A DNA stretch of 63,692 bases, counting the filler, from Dehalococcoidia bacterium (lineage in GTDB: Bacteria > Chloroflexota > Dehalococcoidia > DSTF01 > RBG-16-68-14), in assembly GCA_040882355.1 (NCBI GenBank). It is 4 parts of 4 records of this genome, joined end to end, with 100 filler letters (N's around TTAATTAATTAA, not from the genome) between each part and the next. Parts side by side here need not be neighbours in the genome. Positions count along the whole stretch, not along the records: positions 53,974 to 63,692 come from JBBEBM010000080.1; 3 more parts are not named here. The stretch is one strand, 5' to 3'. Within the stretch, counting starts at the first letter, position 1; every line of letters begins with the position of its first letter. Shown here one piece after another: positions 56,587-63,692 of the stretch. The notes beneath the pieces were generated by a model. It did no database searches. It was given only the letters and a program-made list of their open reading frames with translations, and was not told the DNA's origin. Position numbers and translations under genes: made by a program.

Positions 56587-58128
56587 CTACCCTGCGAACG
56601 GCACGTCGCCGTTTTCGCGGTAGATGCGCACCCGCCGGTACGGCTCGCGGCCCAGGCTGCGCGAGGCCAGGTTGTAGCGCTGAGCCAGCTCGTGCTGAAG
56701 GCGGCGGATGTAGGCGTTCTGCGGCGAGAGGTCGACGGCCTTGTCGCTCTGCGCCACATCGAGTGCGGCCTCTTCGGCCTCCTCGAGCGCGCGGGCGATC
56801 GGGTCGACGCCGCGGACGGAGTCCTGCATGGAGAGCAAGCACTGCTCCATCTGGGGCACGGTGTTCGCCTTGAGCACGTAGATCGGCACCCCTCGCGCCT
56901 CGGCCTCACGCAGGGCGGGCAGCTTGCGGCGGTAGTAGTTGCGCAGCGTCACCACGACGTCCGCGTCGGCGAGGTGCTCCGCGAGCGTTGCGGCGGCGCC
57001 CGTTGATCGGACCGCCTGCTCGAGCCGGCGTCGCGAGATGCCGAAGGGGTAGATGCGCCGCGGCGGCACGGTAAGCTCCGGCCCGCGCCGCTCCAGCGAG
57101 CGCTTCTCCTGGGCCAGGTCGCTGCTGGTGACGATCCGCAGGTTGCCCTGCTCGTCCAGCTCGCGCACCTCGGGCGGTTCCTCGTAGCCTCGCAGCAAAG
57201 CGTCGACCGTGCTTGCGACGTCTTTGTGGATCGCGACGCGCTCCCAGCTCTGGATCTCGACCAGCACGTCGAATGTGGGCGGCGAGCGCCGTTCGAGCAC
57301 GGTCTTCTGCGTGCCGCGGCGCCGCGCCTCTTCGTCCGAGAGCGTCACGGACTGGATGCCGCCGATCAGGTCGGAGAGCGTCGGGTTCACCATCAGGTTC
57401 GCCAGCTCGTTGCCGTGCGCGGTGGCGACTAGCTGCACGCCGCGCTCGGCGATCGTGCGCGCCGCCGCCGCTTCCAGCTCCGTCCCGATCTCGTCGATGA
57501 CGATCACCTCAGGCATATGGTTTTCGACGGCTTCGATCATCACCGCGTGCTGGAGGGCGGGCGTTGGCACCTGCATGCGCCGCGCCTTGCCGATCGCCGG
57601 GTGCGGGATGTCGCCGTCGCCTGCGATCTCGTTCGAGGTGTCGACGATGATCACGCGTTTCTGCATCTCGTCGGCGAGCACCCGCGCGACCTCGCGCAGC
57701 ATCGTCGTCTTGCCGACGCCGGGCCGGCCGAGGAGGAGGATGCTCTTCCCCGTCTTCACCAGGTCTTCGATCACTTGGATCGTGCCGTAGACCGCCCGCC
57801 CGACCCGGCTTGTGAGCCCGACGATGCGCCCGCGCCGGTTGCGAATGCAGGAGATCCGGTGCAGCGTCCGCTCAATGCCCGCCCGGTTGTCGTCGCCGAA
57901 CTCGCCGATGCGGCTCACCACGTACTGGATGTCGGGCTCCGTCACCTCGACCTCGCTGAGCACGACCTCGTGCGTTGCGAAGCGCGCGTCCGGCGGCCGG
58001 CCCAGGTCCATCACCACCTCGAGCAGCCCGTGCTTGTCGTCGCGGGCGCGCAGCGGCCCCACGATGTGCGGCGGTAGTGCGTCGAGGATCGCGTCCAGGT
58101 CGTCGGTGATCGTCTTTTCGTAGATCAT
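56587..58128 (-). CDS. Ycf45/SpoIIIAA-like AAA ATPase with R3H domain
   Basis: [51 protein letters not shown]. Confidence 0.9.
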   Translation of the reverse strand: MIYEKTITDDLDAILDALPPHIVGPLRARDDKHGLLEVVMDLGRPPDARFATHEVVLSEVEVTEPDIQYVVSRIGEFGDDNRAGIERTLHRISCIRNRRGRIVGLTSRVGRAVYGTIQVIEDLVKTGKSILLLGRPGVGKTTMLREVARVLADEMQKRVIIVDTSNEIAGDGDIPHPAIGKARRMQVPTPALQHAVMIEAVENHMPEVIVIDEIGTELEAAAARTIAERGVQLVATAHGNELANLMVNPTLSDLIGGIQSVTLSDEEARRRGTQKTVLERRSPPTFDVLVEIQSWERVAIHKDVASTVDALLRGYEEPPEVRELDEQGNLRIVTSSDLAQEKRSLERRGPELTVPPRRIYPFGISRRRLEQAVRSTGAAATLAEHLADADVVVTLRNYYRRKLPALREAEARGVPIYVLKANTVPQMEQCLLSMQDSVRGVDPIARALEEAEEAALDVAQSDKAVDLSPQNAYIRRLQHELAQRYNLASRSLGREPYRRVRIYRENGDVPFAG

Positions 58129-58135
58129 ACGCTGC

Positions 58136-59092
58136 CTACGCGAGCATCGTCTGCGCCTGCGCCGTCGCGAGCTGCGGCATGCGCACAGGTCGAGCGACGC
58201 GCCGCGCCAGCACGACGAACGATTCGCGCTCCTGGAACCCGCGCTGCTCCAGCCGCTCGCGCAACCCGACCGCGGCCTCCGGCACCAGCGTCAGGAGCCG
58301 TTCCTGGCGGGCGAGGCGCGCGCAGGCGACATCGATCAGGAAGTCCTGCAGCTCGGGCGCGGAGGCGTCGGCCATCAGGTCGAAGCGGCCCAGCTCGCCG
58401 TCGACGCCGGTGCGGAGCCAGCCGGCCATCTGACCTCCGCATTCGACGACCCACTGGCGAGTCTGGCGCGGCGGTGAGACTCGCTCGCGGGCCGCGTTCC
58501 ACTCACGGAAGGTCGCCGCCTCGACGCGGCGGACCGACTCGGGCACCGAGCGATTGTAGAGCCGGAACGTCGCGTAGGCATCAGCGCGCCCCCAGCGCCG
58601 GAGGGTCGCCCTCTCGGGTGCGCTGAGCGCGTGCGGCTCGACCTTACCCTCTCGCACCATCAGCCGCTCGCCCTGCCAGGCGACGAAGCCCGTCCGCGCG
58701 ACGGTCGCCATAGTCCCGCTGCCCGCGGGCATGCGCAGGAAGACCTTCTCAGCGCCGGCCCGCCCGGCGTCGGCCGCGAGCCGGTCGAGCAGGCTGAGCA
58801 GCACGCCCTCGTCGTCCTCGGCAGCGTCGATCAGGCAGTCGATCTCCCACGCCGCTTTCGAGCCGCGTCGCCGCGCCGAGACGAGGCCGCGCAGGGTGGC
58901 CCCCTTGACGCTGATCCAGGTGTGGCGGCCCGTGGCGAAGGAGAGCCACTGGTCCAGCGCGGTCTCCAGCGGGTGTGACGAGGCCTCACTGCCGAGGCGG
59001 TCGCGCGTCATCGCCTCGTTCGGGTACACGCGCCCGTCGAACGCGACGAGCGCGACGAGGTCGGTCGGGCGAACCGGGTGGACGCTGGTCAT
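58136..59092 (-). CDS. Hypothetical protein, probable tandem GNAT-like fold
   Basis: Long ORF with host codon bias inside the pdxT-tmk operon; two repeats ending ...GF. Confidence 0.7.
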   Translation of the reverse strand: MTSVHPVRPTDLVALVAFDGRVYPNEAMTRDRLGSEASSHPLETALDQWLSFATGRHTWISVKGATLRGLVSARRRGSKAAWEIDCLIDAAEDDEGVLLSLLDRLAADAGRAGAEKVFLRMPAGSGTMATVARTGFVAWQGERLMVREGKVEPHALSAPERATLRRWGRADAYATFRLYNRSVPESVRRVEAATFREWNAARERVSPPRQTRQWVVECGGQMAGWLRTGVDGELGRFDLMADASAPELQDFLIDVACARLARQERLLTLVPEAAVGLRERLEQRGFQERESFVVLARRVARPVRMPQLATAQAQTMLA

Positions 59093-59757
59093 GATGCGAT
59101 GGGCGCTGTTCGCTCCTTCGAGTCGCCTCGGCGGCTATGCTTTGTCAGTTCAAGGAAGTATCGGTGGAAGCGGTCGTCGTCCGTCAGCTCTGGGTGGAAC
59201 GCCGTCGCCAGGAGCGCCCCTTGCTGGGCGGCGACAATCGTGCCGTCCGTGAGCCGCGCGAGCACCTCGATGTTCGGCCCGGCCTCCACGATCAGGGGCG
59301 CGCGGATGAAGACGGCTCGGAAGGGCCGTTCGCCCAGCGCGGGCACGTCGAGGTCGGCTTCGAAGCTGTCGACCTGCCGCCCGAAAGCGTTCCGTTCGAC
59401 GCCGATGTCCATCAGCCGCAGCCCTTCGCGATCAAGGCCGGGCGCGCGCTCAGCGAGCAGAATCGCGCCGGCGCAGGTGCCCCAGATCGCCATGCCCTCG
59501 TGGAAGCGACGCCGGACCGGCTCGAGCAGCGCCCACTGGTGCAGCAAGCGCGCGATGGTCGTGCTTTCGCCGCCGGGAATGATCAGCCCGTCAAGGCCCT
59601 CGAGCTGTTCGGGCAGGCGCACCTCCATCGCTTCCGCGCCGAGCCGTCGCAGCACGTCGATGTGCTCTGCGAAGTCCCCCTGCAGGGCGAGCACGCCGAT
59701 CCTCGTGTTGGCGCCGGGTTCTCTGTCAAGGACGCGACGGGAAGGGAGGCTAGCCAT
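59089..59757 (-). CDS. pdxT: PLP synthase glutaminase subunit
   Basis: [45 protein letters not shown]; start uncertain. Confidence 0.95.
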   Translation of the reverse strand: MASLPSRRVLDREPGANTRIGVLALQGDFAEHIDVLRRLGAEAMEVRLPEQLEGLDGLIIPGGESTTIARLLHQWALLEPVRRRFHEGMAIWGTCAGAILLAERAPGLDREGLRLMDIGVERNAFGRQVDSFEADLDVPALGERPFRAVFIRAPLIVEAGPNIEVLARLTDGTIVAAQQGALLATAFHPELTDDDRFHRYFLELTKHSRRGDSKERTAPIAS

Positions 59758-59995
59758 CGATGTTCTCTCCGTCCACGAGCGTTTCCAACTCGGTGCGGCT
59801 GATGCCAGCCTGGCGGAGGATCGACGAGAGCGTTCTTGGATCCTGAGTCCCTCGCACGATCGGTACGGTGACGTTCCTGGTCTCACCTCGGAAGTGACCC
59901 TGCAACCTGACGTGGCTCCCCCGCTGCCTGACTGGCTCGATTCCAATTCGTGCGAGCGCCCGGATCACCTCATCGCTTGAGAATCGCCGGGGCAC
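59750..59995 (-). CDS. hicA: HicA family toxin
   Basis: S.EVIRAL...G...VRQRGSHV.L...VTVP.....[11 protein letters not shown]. Confidence 0.85.
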   Translation of the reverse strand: MPRRFSSDEVIRALARIGIEPVRQRGSHVRLQGHFRGETRNVTVPIVRGTQDPRTLSSILRQAGISRTELETLVDGENIDG

Positions 59996-60224
59996 GAATA
60001 TTCAGCTCCCGCACGACCGGTGTCGAGTCAACAGGCATGAACGCGGTCTCAAGCTCTTCTGCACTCATATCTTCAATGTGCAGTTCGACGGCCTCGCGGA
60101 TCATCTTCAGGGCATCGTCCTCGCTGTCGCCTTGCGTGGTCACGTCGTATTCGAGGCAGACAGCCACCCACTGATCGCTTTCAGCGTCCTTGTAGATGAC
60201 GGCGTGGACGGTCTGTTCGGCCAT
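59970..60224 (-). CDS. hicB: HicB family antitoxin (short form)
   Basis: AVIYK...WVA.C.E.DV.TQG.S...AL..IREAVEL. Confidence 0.85.
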   Translation of the reverse strand: MAEQTVHAVIYKDAESDQWVAVCLEYDVTTQGDSEDDALKMIREAVELHIEDMSAEELETAFMPVDSTPVVRELNIRAPAILKR

Positions 60225-60227
60225 GAT

Positions 60228-61142
60228 CTACCACCCTCTCGAAGCCAGCAGCTCTTCCTTCGGGATCTGCGAGAGGTCCAGCCCGCGCATCGGCTCGCCC
60301 AGCCCGCGCGAGACCTCCGCGATGATCTTCGGGTCGTTGTAGTGCGTGACGGCCTGCACGACCGCGTGCGCGCGCGGCGCCGGGTCCTCCGACTTGAAGA
60401 TGCCCGATCCGACGAACACGCCGTCCGCGCCAAGCTGCATCATCAGCGCCGCGTCGGCGGGCGTCGCGACGCCGCCGGCCGCGAAGTTCACGACAGGCAG
60501 GCGGCCCTGCTTCTTCGTTTCGAGCACGAGGTCGTAGGGGGCGGCCATCTCCTTCGCCGCGGCCATCAGCTCTTCGTCCGGCATGTTCTGGAGCAGGCGG
60601 ATGCCGTCCCAGACCGTGCGGACGTGGCGCACCGCTTCGACGATGTTGCCGCTTCCCGCCTCGCCCTTGGTGCGGATCATCGCCGCGCCCTCGCCGATTC
60701 GCCGGAGCGCCTCGCCCAGGTCGCGCGCGCCGCACACAAAGGGCACGGTGAAGGCGAGCTTGTTCACGTGGTGGCGCTCGTCGGCCGGCGTGAGCACTTC
60801 GGATTCGTCAACGTAGTCGACGCCCAGCGCTTCGAGCACCTGCGCCTCGACGAAGTGGCCAATGCGGCACTTCGCCATCACCGGGATGCTGACCGACTCG
60901 ATGATGCGCGCGATGATCTCCGGGTCGGACATGCGCGCGACTCCTCCCATAGCGCGGATGTCTGCCGGGACGCGCTCCAGCGCCATGACGGCGCACGCGC
61001 CCGCCTCCTCGGCGATCTTCGCGTGCTCGGGCGTGACCACGTCCATGATCACGCCACCCTTGAGCATCTGGGCGAAGCCGCTCTTGAGGCGCCAGGTGCC
61101 GGTTTCGCCGGTGGTGTGGGTACCGTCTCCGTTCACTGCCAT
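60228..61142 (-). CDS. pdxS: PLP synthase lyase subunit
   Basis: [60 protein letters not shown]. Confidence 0.97.
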   Translation of the reverse strand: MAVNGDGTHTTGETGTWRLKSGFAQMLKGGVIMDVVTPEHAKIAEEAGACAVMALERVPADIRAMGGVARMSDPEIIARIIESVSIPVMAKCRIGHFVEAQVLEALGVDYVDESEVLTPADERHHVNKLAFTVPFVCGARDLGEALRRIGEGAAMIRTKGEAGSGNIVEAVRHVRTVWDGIRLLQNMPDEELMAAAKEMAAPYDLVLETKKQGRLPVVNFAAGGVATPADAALMMQLGADGVFVGSGIFKSEDPAPRAHAVVQAVTHYNDPKIIAEVSRGLGEPMRGLDLSQIPKEELLASRGW

Positions 61143-61317
61143 GGCTGACTCCTATCGATGCGGGGCCCGTTCATTCGCCGAAGTAGGGCGTTTGTCTCAT
61201 TCTAGCCGCTGCCCAGCAAGGCCGACAAGGACGCCGCCCTTGACACGATATGCCGCTTCGTCGTAAGTATGGCGTGCGAAACGAGTCCTGCTGGCCGTAA
61301 GGCGGCGAAGGAGTGTC

Positions 61318-61893
61318 GTGGCGTCCTGGTTCGACCGCAATCTCCGGCTCATGCTAGTCGCGCTGGCAGCGCTGCTGGCGGCCGTGATCGTGTATCTCGC
61401 TGTCCAGCAGCGGAACGAGCCGCCCGCGCTCGAGATCGACTTCGGCGAGGCGACGGCCGGCGCCCCGATCCAGGTGTACATCACGGGCGCTGTCGCCGAG
61501 CCCGGGGTTTACGAGATCGATGACGGCGCTCGCGTCGTCGACCTCCTGAACGAGGCGGGCGGCCAGGCGCCCGACGCCGATCTCGAGGCGATCAACCTGG
61601 CGACGCGTCTCCATGACGAGGACCAGGTAGTCGTACCGAGGCAGGGTCAGGCGGCCTCACCACCGGGCGCCACCTCGCAAGTGGCGGGCACAACGGCTCC
61701 CGTCAACATCAACGCCGCCACGCAAGGCGAACTGATGGCGCTCGACGGCATTGGCGAGGCGTACAGCCAGCGGATCATCGATAGCCGCGCGGCGGACGGC
61801 GCCTTCGCCTCCACCGAAGAGCTGGTCTCGCGGCGCATCTTGCCTCGCGCCACGTACGAGCGCATCCGCGAACAGCTCACGGTCGGGCCATGA
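61318..61893 (+). CDS. comEA: Competence protein ComEA
   Basis: TM; V.I.GAV..PGVY (SLBB); INLA; VNIN.A...EL..L.GIG (HhH). Confidence 0.9.
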   Translation: MASWFDRNLRLMLVALAALLAAVIVYLAVQQRNEPPALEIDFGEATAGAPIQVYITGAVAEPGVYEIDDGARVVDLLNEAGGQAPDADLEAINLATRLHDEDQVVVPRQGQAASPPGATSQVAGTTAPVNINAATQGELMALDGIGEAYSQRIIDSRAADGAFASTEELVSRRILPRATYERIREQLTVGP

Positions 61894-63692
61894 CGCTCGC
61901 GTACCTGGCCGCCGCGTGGCTACTCGGGCTGCTGGCGGCCGCGGTCGCGGGCGAGGTGTGGTGGCCGGGCGTCGCTGCGATGGGCGCCGCCGGGCTCGCG
62001 GGCGCCGTTCTCTACCGCCGCCCGCAAGTCGCCCTACTCGGGCTGGCGTGCGCCGGGATCTTCGTCGCCGGTGGCGCGCGCTACCTCGACCAGCGGCCGC
62101 CCGACGAGCCGGCGGGCATCGCGCTATACAACGCACCGGCTGACTCGACCCTCGATGCCGCGCCCGTCCGCTTCCGCGCGCTCGTCGCCGACGAGCCGGA
62201 GGAGCGCGGGCGCTCGCAGCGAGTGCGCCTCGATGTGCGCGAAGTCTTCGATCTGACAACCGACCAGTGGGCGCCGTCGTCCGGCGGGGTGCTGATGCGG
62301 CGCGGGCTGTTCCCGACGCACGAGTACGGCGACGTGATCGAGGTCGAGGGCGAGCTGGAGACGCCGCCCTCGTTTCCCGACTTCGACTATCGCGACTACC
62401 TGGCCCGCCAGGGCGTCGTCTCGACCGTCGACTACCCGCAGGTGCGCACGGTCGCCACGGGCGAGGGCAACCCGGCGCGCGAGGCGCTGTACGACCTGCG
62501 CGCGCATCTCGGCGAAGCGTTGGAGCGGGCGCTGCCGGAGCCGCATGCAGCGCTCGCGCAGGGGATGCTGCTCGGCGAGCGGGCGGCGATCCCCCAGGAC
62601 GTGACCGATGACATGAACGCGACGGGCACGTCGCACCTGATCGCCATCTCCGGGTACAACGTGAACCTGGTTGCCGCGCTGGTGATTGGCGCGTTCGCGT
62701 GGTTGATCGGGCGGCGGCAGGCCGCGCTCGTCGCGCTGCTTGTGATCGCTTGGTACACGGCGCTGAGCGGCGCATCGCCCAGCGTGGTGCGCGCCGCGAT
62801 CATGGGCAGCCTCTTCGTGCTGGCGACGCTCGCCGGCCGGCCGAACAGCGCCCTCACCTCGATCGCGCTGGCGGCGGCGCTGATGGCGGGCTGGGCGCCG
62901 GGCGTCGTGCGGGACGTCTCGTTCCAGCTCAGCTTCGTGTCGGTGATCGGCATCGTCTACCTGACGCCGGCGCTACAGGCGTGGGTCGCTGACGCCCTCC
63001 GACGCGTCGGCGTGGAGCCGGGCGAGGGCGGCGTCGCGGGCGGCGCGATCGAGGTGACGGCGACGACGCTCGCAGCGATTGCGGCGACGCTGCCGTTGAT
63101 CGCGCTCAACTTCGGCCGTGTGTCGGCTGTCGCGCCGCTCGCGAACCTGGTGATGGTGCCGGCGTTCCCGGTGATCCTCGGCGCGTCCGCGGTGACGGCC
63201 GTGGCCGGTGTCGTGTGGGCGCCGCTGGGGCAGGTCGCGGGCTGGCTCGCCTGGGCGCCGTTGACCTTCTTCATCGAGTCGGCCCGGTTCTTCGCCGGGG
63301 TGCCGCTGGCGTCGTTCCACATCGACGGCTTCGGCGCGGGCTGGGCGGCCGCGGCGTACCTTTTCCTTGCGATCGGCGGCTGGGCGCTCGTGCGCCGGCA
63401 TCGCCGCGCTGTCCTTCGACAGGCTCAGGGTGACCAAGGGAGCCTCCGGGTCAGTGCTTCGCTTCGCCTTCGCCCGGCGTACGTGGTGGCGGGCGGGCTC
63501 GCCGTCGTCGCGGCGATGGTCTGGTGGGCCGCGCTGCCCTCGAGCGCGCTGTTCGCCGGTTCGAACGAGCGGCTCACCCTCACCGTGCTCGACGTCGGGC
63601 AGGGCGACGCGCTGCTGCTCGAGACGCCCGCTGGCCAGCGCGTGCTCATCGACGGCGGGCCGAGCCCGGAGGCGCTCGCCGCGGCGCTGGGG
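61890..63692 (+). CDS. comEC: Competence protein ComEC/Rec2 (runs off window end)
   Basis: ATGA overlap with comEA; FDYR.YL, G.SHLIAISGYN, PSVVRAAIM, SFQLSF, LDVGQGDA. Confidence 0.92.
   Translation, partial: MTLAYLAAAWLLGLLAAAVAGEVWWPGVAAMGAAGLAGAVLYRRPQVALLGLACAGIFVAGGARYLDQRPPDEPAGIALYNAPADSTLDAAPVRFRALVADEPEERGRSQRVRLDVREVFDLTTDQWAPSSGGVLMRRGLFPTHEYGDVIEVEGELETPPSFPDFDYRDYLARQGVVSTVDYPQVRTVATGEGNPAREALYDLRAHLGEALERALPEPHAALAQGMLLGERAAIPQDVTDDMNATGTSHLIAISGYNVNLVAALVIGAFAWLIGRRQAALVALLVIAWYTALSGASPSVVRAAIMGSLFVLATLAGRPNSALTSIALAAALMAGWAPGVVRDVSFQLSFVSVIGIVYLTPALQAWVADALRRVGVEPGEGGVAGGAIEVTATTLAAIAATLPLIALNFGRVSAVAPLANLVMVPAFPVILGASAVTAVAGVVWAPLGQVAGWLAWAPLTFFIESARFFAGVPLASFHIDGFGAGWAAAAYLFLAIGGWALVRRHRRAVLRQAQGDQGSLRVSASLRLRPAYVVAGGLAVVAAMVWWAALPSSALFAGSNERLTLTVLDVGQGDALLLETPAGQRVLIDGGPSPEALAAALG

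Overview
High-GC bacterial sequence, most likely a Chloroflexota (Dehalococcoidia-like) genome or MAG. This rests on the 16S rRNA 5' fragment, flexitail/dockerin-like surface-protein tails and gene content, and is inference. The window joins four contig pieces with artificial N-TTAATTAATTAA-N linkers (17993-18092, 35948-36047, 53874-53973) and has one 100-N scaffold gap (22184-22283), so adjacency across linkers is not biological. Most genes are housekeeping or metabolic: acyl-CoA metabolism, eno, murI, tmk, pdxS/pdxT, comEA/comEC, PhoD, a GltD-like oxidoreductase, c-di-GMP proteins and two hicBA pairs. The intergenic DNA is unusually rich in small repeats. Main points of interest: (1) a tnpB-less Y1/HUH transposase inside an alternating array of GAAG-tagged palindromes (REPtron/BIME-like), with related GAAG/GTAG REPs scattered through the window, several beside duplicated gene heads or tails; (2) a probable structured ncRNA at about 45041-45197; (3) a CTAG-targeting MITE family; (4) an NDT/TIR-like candidate defence gene; (5) an orphan Rhs toxin-immunity module; (6) an 88-89 bp tandem array; (7) unusual domain fusions (HPD-less J-domain-FKBP, LuxR-HTH in frame with MurI). 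All product calls come from recognising motifs by eye; no database searches were run.
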